Shown here: positions 47,001 to 55,776 of the stretch, piece after piece
Layout: every line of letters starts with the position of its first letter
Numbering within the stretch: position 1 is the stretch's first letter
Origin: a virus
Strand: one strand, 5' to 3'
DNA: 64,000 nt
Virus record (IMG/VR): IMGVR_UViG_3300045988_107225
Translations under genes and position numbers: made by a program
The notes under the pieces: generated by a model
Told to the model about the DNA's origin: nothing
What the model saw: only the letters and a program-made list of their open reading frames with translations
Database searches by the model: none

Positions 47001-50000
47001 TGTTATTTGATTCGGTACGCGCCGACTGTTCCGATTCTACTTCATTCCAAAACCGATCATTGAACGACAGGTGACCTCCCAACATAAGTGTCTTCAGCGC
47101 AGCTTCTCCTCCCGACTCGCTCTGAATCGTTCTTAATTTTTGCAAAAACGATTCTGATACGGCATTGGTAACATTATTTGATTCCTTTCTCCAAACTTCA
47201 TTTATAGCTTGTATTTCTTTAGCCATCTTAAGTTGGTCGCCGGTTTTTTCCACTCTCCTGGTTCCTACATATATGTATTCTGAAGCTGCTTCCTTACGTT
47301 GTTTACGAAGCAGTCCTTCTTCTTCGTAATTGCTGCTTTTAAAATAGGCAACCTCATCAAAATTACCACCGCTATCAATAAAAGGTTGCCTCAATATCCG
47401 CTTCTGCCGAGAAAGAGCATTAAGGTATTCTTTGGTTGTTTGAGAAACCGGATGCCCTAATTCTTCTTCAGCCTTTTTGTATATGGATTCCATTCTTGTG
47501 GCATAACTTTCGCTAAATTCCAGTTCCGAATTTTCAGCATCCCATTTTTCCATCTGTTCCGTATAGATTTTTTCCTGTTCGATAGTAAAAATATCGGTAT
47601 TAACCCTATCGGACGACGGTTTAAATTTAGCGTTTTCAGTAACCGTATTTCCATCCTTGTCAACTACTTCTCTTTTAAATACGTAATTACGGTTATTGTC
47701 AACCACATCACCAATTTCTTCTTCTGATATCTCTATGTTCATGGCAGTCGCAAACGCTCGCATCTGCGCCAGCTTCTTATTACGATCGTATTTAGCCATA
47801 TCAAGAGCACTACGAAGGTAATTAGAAGTTTTGCCGTCTACTTTCTGAAGCAGTTTTTCAAATTCAGATTTGTTAAAACCATGCTTTTTAGCATATGCCA
47901 GGAAGTCGGATATGGCGGGCTGGGCATTCACCATCGCATTGTAATTGTCTTTGGCAATCATAGCTCCAAGAGCGTTATTGAACGGACTGGAAGAATGCTC
48001 TAATATACCAAACCACCTACTTATCCAAGAAACATCGTGTTGAACCTTGTCGAAAAATTCTTTTACTCTCTTTACCTTATCTGCCGGCACATGAAGTTCG
48101 TTCATTAACTTATCAAGCAACGTACTTTCATCAAGGTCTTGTACTGATTTAATATCAGACTGAATACCATTGATGTCGGCAATGACGGTATTGATCCTAT
48201 TTGTATAATCCTGCTTTTCACGTTCATCAAATTCGGTACTTCTGTTACGGATATATCCTCGAAGATCGTTCATGATCGGAAGAACCTGATTGTTGATAAT
48301 ATCTACGTTCTTTCGATCATTGGTATTGAAGTGAAGCTTACCGTCTTTGGTATCACCATGAAGGATGGTGTTCACCACATTGCTTAAGTATCTGACCTGA
48401 GCTTCGGCTGTGGAGATCATGCTGTTCATGGCAGCCGCCATCTCATTCTTGTCTATTTCGGTCTCTACCTTATTTATCTTATCTTCTATGGTCTTAAGCT
48501 GAGCAAGGGTCATAGACGTAGTTACAGCCCTATCAGAGCTTATCTGACGTAAGTCTCTTAATGTTTTTCTTAGCGATCTGATCTTAGACTCAAGAAACTT
48601 GTTCTTGTTCATAGAAGAAAGGGAGTATAATGTAAAGTCATTATCCTTTAACAGAGAGGTGTCAAATCCTTTATCTATGTCAGTAATGGCAAGATCACGA
48701 ATGCTTTTAATAACGTTATTCAAATCTTGTCTTTGGGTTGATAAAGCTGATTTAAGCCAGCTTACGATTCCAGAGAAAAGCTGCCGGACGCGCCCCAGGA
48801 AGGAGGTGGGCTCTACCGGCGCCTGTGCTGTGCCGGTCTGCATCTCCCTGGCGAGGATCTTTCCAAGAATTTCTCTCCTAACGGCATTATCAAGCTCAGA
48901 TCCTTCATATACCTTACCGTATGTATTATAATACTGACCTGCATACTGGTTCCACTCTTCCGTACCTTCTACATCTTGCAGAACAGCCTCAACAGCATTC
49001 TGATCTCTGTATGCCTCTACAAGGAAGTGGGCTGTTTCTTCTACTAAATCGGATAAAGTAGCATCTTCACCAACTGCTATTACGTTATTGGCAATATCCG
49101 CCAATGCCTTAGCAGAAGGTTCGTGCCCGTATTTGGTTTGGTACTTCTCTATATAGTCGGTCATACCTATGACACTAACGCCAAGCGTTTTCAGTATCTC
49201 GACAATAGAATTTCGTTGGTCACGTTCCTGCCTGCTATAATCTGATACGATCTTAGCTTTAGTATCAGCATAAAGATCGTTATCTTCTAATATGAATGAA
49301 ACTACAAGCGCATCAAAATGATCGTACTTGGCGTCCAATTCATTGTATCTTCCTGACTTAAGATCGTTCTTTATCTGTTCCCTACTAACCCTTTCCGTTC
49401 CTCCGGTGGCGAGTCTCATAGTTACCTTACTGTTATCCAACGAGCTTATGGTTATCATACCTTGGTCGTTCATGGAAACATCGGAACCAAAATGATTACG
49501 GAGCTCGGTGTATGATAAGGCTGAATTGAAAAGTCTAATTTGTCCTGTATAACCTTCTCCTGTAAGATAATAGCTTCTTGTTTCAGAATCGAATATCTTA
49601 GATCCTGACAAAAGACCTTTCTTTATAAGGTAGTTAATTATCCCGCCTTTTGTTGATAAAGAAGTAGAAGCAGAAGCGGTCATGACCGGTATAAAAGACT
49701 TGGGATTATTAAGAACATACTTTCCAGCTTTGTAAGTAATGTCTGCCACGCCATCCACGGTAGATTCTTGAACGGTTCCTGATAAGAATCCTATTCTAAT
49801 ATCATTCCCGCCAGAGCGAAGAGCTTCTCCGTAATCTTCAAATAATTGACTACGATCGTTCATGAAAAACAAACGAGGCTCTCCAGTCTGATACGTTACA
49901 CCCACAGGATTAGAATCTGTTTCTGGTAGCTCTTCTGGGCTAAATATCTTAAGACCGTCTTTTATAACCATATAATTAACACCCTTATCCTGTACCACAG

Positions 50001-50499
50001 ATACGGGAGTGAAGTCCGAAGATATAGCATCTTGTAAATACTGCCCGGCGTCTATTCCTGGTTCTTCCGGTACGGAAATACTTGATGGGATCATAGCATC
50101 CACCAACATAATATTATCACCCAGATCTTGGCTATAGAATCCGAAGCCTGATTCTTGAATCCCATAAGTTGCATCTGATTTTGATACAAGAACAGGATTA
50201 CTCATCTTAGAAGCCTTATCCAGTACCCTTTCTCTATAAGCTTCCGGAATAAGATCAATGTTGGATTTAACCTTATTATAAGCCGGTTTGTTGATAGGCA
50301 CTCTCTTTCTCCAGTCGCCAAAATCCTTTAAGAACTTATTAGAAAATACGGTTTTAAAAACAGTAGTAGCCCGTTCCCTGTTCTCCATAAGAGGAATAGA
50401 TGCTATCTTATCAAACAACATAGACCTGTCCCCTGATCTGGTAGAGACAGAAACAACTTTCTTTTTATTATCTCTTTTAATAATACACGTTGATACCAT
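44077..50499 (-). CDS. giant virion-associated protein (2140 aa), candidate crAss-like ejected/cargo protein
   Basis: Uninterrupted 6.4-kb ORF with ATG start; C-terminal hydrophobic segments; size class of crAss-like cargo/virion-RNAP proteins; no DxDGD motif seen by eye. Confidence 0.85.
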   Translation of the reverse strand: MVSTCIIKRDNKKKVVSVSTRSGDRSMLFDKIASIPLMENRERATTVFKTVFSNKFLKDFGDWRKRVPINKPAYNKVKSNIDLIPEAYRERVLDKASKMSNPVLVSKSDATYGIQESGFGFYSQDLGDNIMLVDAMIPSSISVPEEPGIDAGQYLQDAISSDFTPVSVVQDKGVNYMVIKDGLKIFSPEELPETDSNPVGVTYQTGEPRLFFMNDRSQLFEDYGEALRSGGNDIRIGFLSGTVQESTVDGVADITYKAGKYVLNNPKSFIPVMTASASTSLSTKGGIINYLIKKGLLSGSKIFDSETRSYYLTGEGYTGQIRLFNSALSYTELRNHFGSDVSMNDQGMITISSLDNSKVTMRLATGGTERVSREQIKNDLKSGRYNELDAKYDHFDALVVSFILEDNDLYADTKAKIVSDYSRQERDQRNSIVEILKTLGVSVIGMTDYIEKYQTKYGHEPSAKALADIANNVIAVGEDATLSDLVEETAHFLVEAYRDQNAVEAVLQDVEGTEEWNQYAGQYYNTYGKVYEGSELDNAVRREILGKILAREMQTGTAQAPVEPTSFLGRVRQLFSGIVSWLKSALSTQRQDLNNVIKSIRDLAITDIDKGFDTSLLKDNDFTLYSLSSMNKNKFLESKIRSLRKTLRDLRQISSDRAVTTSMTLAQLKTIEDKINKVETEIDKNEMAAAMNSMISTAEAQVRYLSNVVNTILHGDTKDGKLHFNTNDRKNVDIINNQVLPIMNDLRGYIRNRSTEFDEREKQDYTNRINTVIADINGIQSDIKSVQDLDESTLLDKLMNELHVPADKVKRVKEFFDKVQHDVSWISRWFGILEHSSSPFNNALGAMIAKDNYNAMVNAQPAISDFLAYAKKHGFNKSEFEKLLQKVDGKTSNYLRSALDMAKYDRNKKLAQMRAFATAMNIEISEEEIGDVVDNNRNYVFKREVVDKDGNTVTENAKFKPSSDRVNTDIFTIEQEKIYTEQMEKWDAENSELEFSESYATRMESIYKKAEEELGHPVSQTTKEYLNALSRQKRILRQPFIDSGGNFDEVAYFKSSNYEEEGLLRKQRKEAASEYIYVGTRRVEKTGDQLKMAKEIQAINEVWRKESNNVTNAVSESFLQKLRTIQSESGGEAALKTLMLGGHLSFNDRFWNEVESEQSARTESNNKASYLKMAHDIISSTTSDRDATDVDSIVKDIEKNKAIIKEIIGNNRDVADIGEINEATFTSSERDAFRAASEAIEADYAILIDYAKMVGLEDIDKYLTKSSKAENEVNQSYLNALADSKEVEWKFVQRHTTAKKAKRIQALRDKLFKAADNRYLFTVSETNYLSEKLGISKELDGRDFRNAVNAKMASLFLNNTREEGIEETNAIVNEFARIQVFSYYKRMAPTGYAAMIDKIGRGEIDVAQMVKDVQNGTSTQDYGMDISYLSFDPARAWVAESEAENSGRNPDYVKDHGYGHRMPKKSLYRDESYFNDFGIKYDADGNEVATKNVEQWNMIQKLKEIKRQSLDLYKEQSPNLYAIPQISKQDIERIEGLGINFKNTVRNFVSDLCLDRVDDSLYGKTRQGEVYDPEDRLRSIPKYYIYELENQDDVSHDFGYSYSMLMMQSSLYNEKQKSIELAQGLEQMLLNKQFEGGKKAEATQAYQMFRDFFNDHYYGIRMNTKKLTVNIGGYTVDLTRIMMAVERFMSVMNLALSPFVAATGALTGHINLIMESAVGQYISKDSLKYASAEFSRLAPSCIAETGDIDRKSKLYVIGERMGIFNIRNRMYGAGYNRVARTLMRSPMYAFMEILNYPLDPQVMIATMDNVRYYKGRFYTFQDFKMEKERNKEQSTIKREWNALKDRTLWSMVDVVDGKVVVKPGSGVTVEEVETQMAITRNQVRSLSQICNGSLNEENRTAASRNWIARFMTAHRGWLVLAAQRLWKRRGFNFQTMQEEEGLSITLKNMIAKTFSLASESGMKNIIDAWNENKDNMNEVEKTNLKRLSVYAGTFLIMQAVSMLLAGWRDDDENEESWLTQFGSYVGFRTINEIASQMPFIMELNVVDIINDPFVMGRKLKDLTDLRNYSLDKVTSGTYKGESKLFRQLAKQTFIKQWYNIKTPEDVARAYNWWQQTNNKSMMFFIGATPDSEGDDDVSYK

Positions 50500-50522
50500 G
50501 ATAAAACATTTTTGTTATGAGA

Positions 50523-50530
50523 CAAAGGTA
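50523..50530 (-). promoter_or_regulatory. TAnnTTTG motif (TACCTTTG on - strand) 23 nt upstream of the 2140-aa gene ATG
   Basis: Read directly; sits between the terminator hairpin and the giant gene start. Confidence 0.25.
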
Positions 50531-50546
50531 GTTAAAAATAAAGCAT

Positions 50547-50588
50547 ATCATAAAAAATAAAGCCACCTAACTTCTCAGTCTGATGGCT
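50547..50588 (-). terminator. terminator-like hairpin on the - strand
   Basis: 6-bp stem AAGCCA / TGGCTT (50559-50564 / 50583-50588), then on the - strand UAUUUUUUAU. Confidence 0.4.
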
Positions 50589-50642
50589 TAAAAATAATAT
50601 GAAAAAAAAATTATAATCTGACGAAAAATCGTCAAGTTCAGC

Positions 50643-51002
50643 TTATATGTAATGCATGTACCCATCTCGGTGTATAAACCTTCCCGATTCAAAGCGCTCA
50701 ATATCTTCAGGGCAAATAGAGCCTGAATCTTCTCTCCTGGCTTCAAACCAAAGCCCCGGCTTACGAAGTCGGCAAGTTATGATATAGTTGAAGCAATTGT
50801 GCGTAAAATGGAAAACAGATCCTACAGGGAAATACCTATCAGCTTGAAATACGATTATTTTTCGTTTAGTATCAAACGTGATATCTCCTACTATCTTAGC
50901 CACGTAATAGCTTCTGCCATTTAACGTTTCATCTGTTTGTGGTATCCAATAATAACCTCTTGCCATGCCACAAATATATAAAAAAAATCGGACAAGATAC
51001 AT
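50643..51002 (-). CDS. hypothetical protein (119 aa; alternative ATG at 50966)
   Basis: ORF track. Confidence 0.5.
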   Translation of the reverse strand: MYLVRFFLYICGMARGYYWIPQTDETLNGRSYYVAKIVGDITFDTKRKIIVFQADRYFPVGSVFHFTHNCFNYIITCRLRKPGLWFEARREDSGSICPEDIERFESGRFIHRDGYMHYI

Positions 51003-51015
51003 GTCCTACTTTATA

Positions 51016-51186
51016 TTACTTTGATTCGTTTTCAAACCGCTTTATAAGAGAAGCAATATCATCACCACAAATAAACATCATTCGACGTTCTTCTTTTGGT
51101 TTATGAGACACTGGGATGGTTTTGTTTATCCTAATCTGATTCGCCAGACCTCTGCCTAAACGAATATCAACTTTTTTACCTTTCAT
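51016..51186 (-). CDS. small basic protein (56 aa)
   Basis: ATG (rc) at 51186-51184, stop at 51018-51016, overlapping the upstream gene end by 11 nt. Confidence 0.3.
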   Translation of the reverse strand: MKGKKVDIRLGRGLANQIRINKTIPVSHKPKEERRMMFICGDDIASLIKRFENESK

Positions 51187-51493
51187 GAATTATTTGTTTA
51201 AACAGACCAATTCCATCTGTTATAATATGACCGCTTTGCATACGACCATTATTAGGATTATGTAGAAAATTGAAACCACTTTCTTTTTCCTGTCTTTCAA
51301 AAGAACTGATATCCTTTCCTCTACGGGCTCTTTCAAAAGCTTTCTTGAACAACTTGCCTCTAAAGGTCTTGACGAGGATCTTGGTAGCGTTATTGCCGGC
51401 TTTTACCATTGCTTTCCTTGCCTGGTCCTCCGAGACAAAACTGCTTCGGAAAATATACGATGCTGCTGCTTGTATGTCTTGTTTAGTAATCAT
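51176..51493 (-). CDS. hypothetical protein (105 aa)
   Basis: ORF track; ATG verified. Confidence 0.5.
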   Translation of the reverse strand: MITKQDIQAAASYIFRSSFVSEDQARKAMVKAGNNATKILVKTFRGKLFKKAFERARRGKDISSFERQEKESGFNFLHNPNNGRMQSGHIITDGIGLFKQIIHER

Positions 51494-51840
51494 ATGATAA
51501 ACATTTCTTTCAGAATACTGATCTTTATTCCGTATATCAATTTCATCTCATCTCTATCATATACGTCAAAAAAGGATTCACTGGGGTCCTTTGGATTTAC
51601 GTTCAATTGAATTATGCAATTACCAGTATAAACCTTAAGCCTATAATTATCGGAGTATATATTCTGCATGATTTCAAATGTCTCAATTAAATTTTCAACA
51701 AGTGCTCTGTTAAATGAAAAAGATTCTTTACCATCACCTTTAAATGTGATATGATCTAAATCCCTGTTGTCAAATTCATACTCTAATTGATTGCCGTCCA
51801 TCATATCATAAAATATTGACTTTCTGATTATAAATCCCAT
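51490..51840 (-). CDS. hypothetical protein (116 aa)
   Basis: ORF track; ATG verified. Confidence 0.5.
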   Translation of the reverse strand: MGFIIRKSIFYDMMDGNQLEYEFDNRDLDHITFKGDGKESFSFNRALVENLIETFEIMQNIYSDNYRLKVYTGNCIIQLNVNPKDPSESFFDVYDRDEMKLIYGIKISILKEMFII

Positions 51841-51857
51841 ATTGTTTTATTTTTTAG

Positions 51858-52163
51858 TTAATACAAATCTTCTGAATACAACTGTTCTCTAATGGCATTC
51901 CTATCTACCACCATCTCCTGATTATTGTTTCTAACAAGTTCAGACGCTTCCTCTCTTGTTAAAAACCGATTCTTGCTTGTCAAAAATCCTTGAACACTGC
52001 GGTTTTTATGGGCTATACCGTATGCCGCAAGTTGCGATATTATAGAACAGTGTCTCAATCCACAAAATACGGTTCCAGATGGTATATTTACTGGACCGTG
52101 AGGCTTGTTCTTGTGATCTTGAACCCATATAGCTGCGCATACAACAATTTCCTTATCACACAT
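51858..52163 (-). CDS. hypothetical protein (101 aa)
   Basis: ORF track; ATG verified. Confidence 0.5.
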   Translation of the reverse strand: MCDKEIVVCAAIWVQDHKNKPHGPVNIPSGTVFCGLRHCSIISQLAAYGIAHKNRSVQGFLTSKNRFLTREEASELVRNNNQEMVVDRNAIREQLYSEDLY

Positions 52164-52166
52164 AAT

Positions 52167-52442
52167 TTACATATTTAAAATACCGTTTTTACCAATATGC
52201 TTCTTTTCTTCTTCAGTAGGCCATTCCTTCTTGAATTTACCATGCCACGTTCCAGGAACTACCACCAATTCGTCCCCCTTACTATATTCAATAGCGGCAC
52301 ATTCAGAACAAAGAGGCTTGCCTTCATATCCCTTTAGCGACTCATCATAGACACGATTCTTACAAGGTCTCACAAGAGCCCAGTAACAGGACGTGGCTGT
52401 ATTATCTATACAGCCACATTTTGAACATACAAACAAACTCAT
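52167..52442 (-). CDS. zinc-ribbon protein (91 aa)
   Basis: CSKCGC ... CSEC. Confidence 0.5.
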   Translation of the reverse strand: MSLFVCSKCGCIDNTATSCYWALVRPCKNRVYDESLKGYEGKPLCSECAAIEYSKGDELVVVPGTWHGKFKKEWPTEEEKKHIGKNGILNM

Positions 52443-53302
52443 CCCGCAATCTCCCAGTCATTAGACATAATATCATGTTCGGTTGGATTCCAATTTGATG
52501 CTACTTTTTGACCTGTATCTACCATCAATATATTTACGTCAAACATACAGATATACTTTTTACCCCAATCGATTCTTTTTATCTTACGACCTAATTTAAG
52601 CCGTTCTAAAGCCTGTTCGAATGTCATGCCACGACGAGGCAATTTGAGATACTTTTTAAGTCTGTCGGCAGCTTCATTTGGTGTATGGCCATCGTATTCG
52701 AAAGCAGTTTCTCTTTCAGGAACATCAAACAAATCCCAGTATTTGCTTTCATAGTGATTAGATACCTGACCGGTAGGTAGGATCGCCATCACAATAAACC
52801 AATCATCAGAACCGAAGCATTTTTCTCCGTCGCTGTGTCTCCTTGATTTGCAAACTTCAACCTGTCCGTTTCTGGCTAATAGATTAAAGAAGGCAGCGTT
52901 ATACAACATGCGATACCGATACAATTCATTGAAAGTGTGGTATCCGTCAGAGACTTCTCCCACGTCTACAGGCTTCTTGTTTTGAATACTACCCAAAATA
53001 TTCTCTATATAGAGCTGTATTTTATACATACCCATTTCGGTGTGGCCGTATTTGTTCAAGATATTATTGACATCGTATTGTATATTAAAATCTTTTTCAA
53101 ATTCTACTTCAGGATGATTAGGATAGTAATAATCTACTGATGCTTCTAACACAGACTTGATATGCTCTACTATCCTCGTGGCATCATCATGTTTTAAGAA
53201 ATTCTTGAATCCCTCAACGAATTTAATATCTTCTTCGATTGTTGATTCGAACTCTTCTTTTGTCATTACTCTAACCACATCTTTAAAATCTTTTAATTCC
53301 AT
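52439..53302 (-). CDS. hypothetical protein (287 aa)
   Basis: ORF track; ATG verified. Confidence 0.6.
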   Translation of the reverse strand: MELKDFKDVVRVMTKEEFESTIEEDIKFVEGFKNFLKHDDATRIVEHIKSVLEASVDYYYPNHPEVEFEKDFNIQYDVNNILNKYGHTEMGMYKIQLYIENILGSIQNKKPVDVGEVSDGYHTFNELYRYRMLYNAAFFNLLARNGQVEVCKSRRHSDGEKCFGSDDWFIVMAILPTGQVSNHYESKYWDLFDVPERETAFEYDGHTPNEAADRLKKYLKLPRRGMTFEQALERLKLGRKIKRIDWGKKYICMFDVNILMVDTGQKVASNWNPTEHDIMSNDWEIAG

Positions 53303-53325
53303 GATTTGTTTTAAATTAATTGTTA

Positions 53326-53961
53326 CTATACTTTCTTTATCCTACAATACAAACCCCACAAAAACTCAGCGGAGAAACTATCCCATACATTATTCTTCTG
53401 CCAAAGTTCTACTTTGTTAACAAACCAAGACCATGTGGGACCCTCATATGAAGAATCAGATGATGATCCCAATCCGATTTTCTCCATTTCATTCGCCACA
53501 TCAGAATAAGGATCTAAATCGACTCCCCTAATCATGTTAATAATATCATCCTTGTCTAACGTAAATTGAAACCGCTCCTTGTTAGTAGGCGGATCTTGAT
53601 TCAATTTACCAGTCGCAAGCCATTTTCCATCATGATACAATTCGGCAAGTTTCTTTACCTTATTTTTAAGAAAAGAATACTCTTGTGTGACTTCTATAAA
53701 ATCAGCTTCGTTAGCTTCACCCTCTATGAAGATAACGGTTTTGCTTCCAGGTCTATGATCGTCTAAGCTTGCCGGGATTCCCAATATCGTCCATCCTTTA
53801 AACTCAGCTATCTTAAAACGCATGACATCAAACACCTTATAGAAATCATCACAATCTACAGATTCTATTACCTTAATATCCTCTTCTGTGAATTTACCTC
53901 GTATTGGAATAACGTGATGACCGGGGCAGCCATCGGTTCCGAAATATGCGATTCTAACCAC
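53326..53961 (-). CDS. hypothetical protein (211 aa, GTG start)
   Basis: ORF track; no in-frame ATG near the start. Confidence 0.5.
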   Translation of the reverse strand: MVRIAYFGTDGCPGHHVIPIRGKFTEEDIKVIESVDCDDFYKVFDVMRFKIAEFKGWTILGIPASLDDHRPGSKTVIFIEGEANEADFIEVTQEYSFLKNKVKKLAELYHDGKWLATGKLNQDPPTNKERFQFTLDKDDIINMIRGVDLDPYSDVANEMEKIGLGSSSDSSYEGPTWSWFVNKVELWQKNNVWDSFSAEFLWGLYCRIKKV

Positions 53962-53981
53962 GATATTTACAATATTTTAAT

Positions 53982-54197
53982 TTATTTTGCTAAAACATTC
54001 ATATAACATGGCACATCTACCACATCTCTTCTACGAAGTCCCTTATCAAAATAAGAAACTATATAAGTGTTTTTACCTTCATGATCAGGTCTTGGATCAA
54101 AGCATTCAAAAACGAATCTTGTTCTACCTTCAAGATGACCAAACATGAAAACAAATTCGCCACCGTATCTTTTATTAGCCAATTCTTCTACGGTCAT
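53982..54197 (-). CDS. hypothetical protein (71 aa)
   Basis: ORF track. Confidence 0.45.
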   Translation of the reverse strand: MTVEELANKRYGGEFVFMFGHLEGRTRFVFECFDPRPDHEGKNTYIVSYFDKGLRRRDVVDVPCYMNVLAK

Positions 54198-54421
54198 AAT
54201 CTGTCCCCTCCTAATCCTGAATTGATGCTAACATACTTGACACGGACATCATTTCCACGTCCAAGCTGACCCCAGCCGGGCGATGGCGTTCCCTTAGCCG
54301 GAGCAGGGACAGCCCTAAGCCGAGACCAGTCCTGCTTTTGCCTCATGGCTTCAGCCTCTTTGTAATACCGGTTACACAGTTCTTGATCTTCGTAACCAAC
54401 GTAATCTTCCTTATTTTCCAT
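54194..54421 (-). CDS. hypothetical protein (75 aa) with GC-rich core
   Basis: ORF track. Confidence 0.45.
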   Translation of the reverse strand: MENKEDYVGYEDQELCNRYYKEAEAMRQKQDWSRLRAVPAPAKGTPSPGWGQLGRGNDVRVKYVSINSGLGGDRL

Positions 54422-54549
54422 AAAAAATACTTTTTCAACAAAAGTACGACATTCATAAATTAATTAGATTTAAAATAAAACAATATGAATTAAAATAAAA
54501 ACCCGATACGTTAAAATCGCATCGGGCCTGGTATTGAAAAAAAATAGGT

Positions 54550-54726
54550 TCATATCTTGGGTAAAGACTCGAGCCAATTTTTAACATCTTTATATTTAGG
54601 GTCTTTGTCTATTCTATCTCTCAGTTCATGCAATGCTGAGTCCATAACCGTATTCGGTACGCCAATCAACTCTCCTATTAAATACAATGGGGTTTTATTT
54701 GATTTAGATTCGTGTGCCATATTCAT
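54550..54726 (-). CDS. hypothetical protein (58 aa from ATG at 54726)
   Basis: Track start 54732 is TTG, immediately after the A8/T8 run. Confidence 0.4.
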   Translation of the reverse strand: MNMAHESKSNKTPLYLIGELIGVPNTVMDSALHELRDRIDKDPKYKDVKNWLESLPKI

Positions 54727-54753
54727 GTCCAAAAAAAAGTTATGTGAAACAAA

Positions 54754-54803
54754 CCGGCCACGGGTATTCTATTGCCCGCCGACCGGTATAACATTTTTTT
54801 TTT
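54754..54803 (+). terminator. imperfect GC hairpin (CCGGCCACGGG ... CCCGCCGACCGG) followed by a T10 run
   Basis: T10 at 54794-54803 on the + strand although flanking genes are on the - strand; could belong to a + strand ncRNA or act bidirectionally. Confidence 0.3.
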
Positions 54804-54817
54804 ATTCCTTTTTTTCC

Positions 54818-54843
54818 AAACGGGAAAAACGGGAATGCGGGAA
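54818..54843. repeat. three tandem CGGGAA-core repeats (AAACGGGAA AAACGGGAA TGCGGGAA)
   Basis: Read directly; period 9 and 8; in a 163-bp noncoding gap. Confidence 0.6.
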
Positions 54844-54895
54844 TCATATTTTTTACTATGGCTCCCGCACCACCGGAAGGGCCTGGGCCTGGATC

Positions 54896-55189
54896 TCAGG
54901 TCAGATCCTTCCAGTTTATTTTTTCGCCGAGGTAATCTTGCACGGCAAGCCATCTTATAAAGGCTACTCCTTCGGGAGCATCCGGATCATCCAAATACAT
55001 TAACGTAGCTTTCACCAACTCGTTCTCACATTTGAAGACCTTCGGAAAACCATCCGAATAGTACATTGCAAAGACATATTGGACATCGCCCCATGTCGCT
55101 TTATCCGGCTTCTTCGCTCCGCACTTTTCAAAAATATCTTTTATTTCCGGCTGCTTCCAGATCCTCTTGGATCCATCGACGTTGACCAT
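54896..55189 (-). CDS. hypothetical protein (97 aa)
   Basis: ORF track; the open frame continues 31 codons upstream to a TGA at 55285-55283. Confidence 0.5.
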   Translation of the reverse strand: MVNVDGSKRIWKQPEIKDIFEKCGAKKPDKATWGDVQYVFAMYYSDGFPKVFKCENELVKATLMYLDDPDAPEGVAFIRWLAVQDYLGEKINWKDLT

Positions 55190-55282
55190 CTTCTTTACCG
55201 CCTCATCAGCAAGAGCATTAGAAAAATGGTAGCCGTAAGTATCTACATATTTCTGATAAGCTGGATCCTCTGCGTCTGCTCC

Positions 55283-55414
55283 TCAATAAGAACGACCTCT
55301 GCCACGTCCGCGACCTCTACGCATCTGAGGTCCGTCACCGTAGTATCTGTCGTCTCCATAGTAATCGGTCGGGTAGGATTCGTAACCCATCCTCCGGTAT
55401 TCCCGGTCCTCCAT
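55283..55414 (-). CDS. small Arg/Gly-rich protein (43 aa, MEDREYRRMGYESYPTDYYGDDRYYGDGPQMRRGRGRGRGRSY)
   Basis: Preferred over the track 65-aa ORF 55243-55440 in another frame; RGRGRGRGR tail; in frame with the downstream ORF through a single TGA. Confidence 0.3.
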   Translation of the reverse strand: MEDREYRRMGYESYPTDYYGDDRYYGDGPQMRRGRGRGRGRSY

Positions 55415-55705
55415 TTCATGACGACGTTCGCGCTCCTCAAGCCTTCTTTCCCTTTCTTCCAGCTCGTTTTCGCGTTATTGACCTAAATCATTCATAATGT
55501 TTTTATACATAAGATGAATGCTGTTATTACGTTTGATGGTACTGATTCTCATTTCCTACCGTTATTAGTTACGTTCTGTTCTTACCTTCCCTATTTTCTA
55601 TAATCCCTTCCTGAAACTAATATTGCAAACTTAATAAAAATAATTCATAAACAACGAAAATCTAACTTTTCTTGTATGTTATTGATATACGTGCATATAT
55701 AAGAA

Positions 55706-55731
55706 AAGTGAGACTTTCACAAGCCTCACTT
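55706..55731 (-). terminator. terminator-like hairpin downstream of the 752-aa gene
   Basis: 7-bp perfect stem AAGTGAG / CTCACTT with a 12-nt loop, followed on the - strand by a U-rich tract. Confidence 0.4.
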
Positions 55732-55776
55732 CCCAAATTATAACTATGAAAAAACTATATTATATATATACAAAAA

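Noticed and set aside
54557-55003. 148-aa + strand ORF spanning the structured intergenic region
   Set aside because: It runs antisense to two - strand genes and across the hairpin and T10 region with a low-complexity translation. It is more likely noncoding. A short + strand RNA is considered separately in the findings.
55243-55440. 65-aa - strand ORF from the track
   Set aside because: The Thr-rich translation looks non-protein-like. An alternative frame gives a coherent Arg/Gly-rich peptide, which I report instead.
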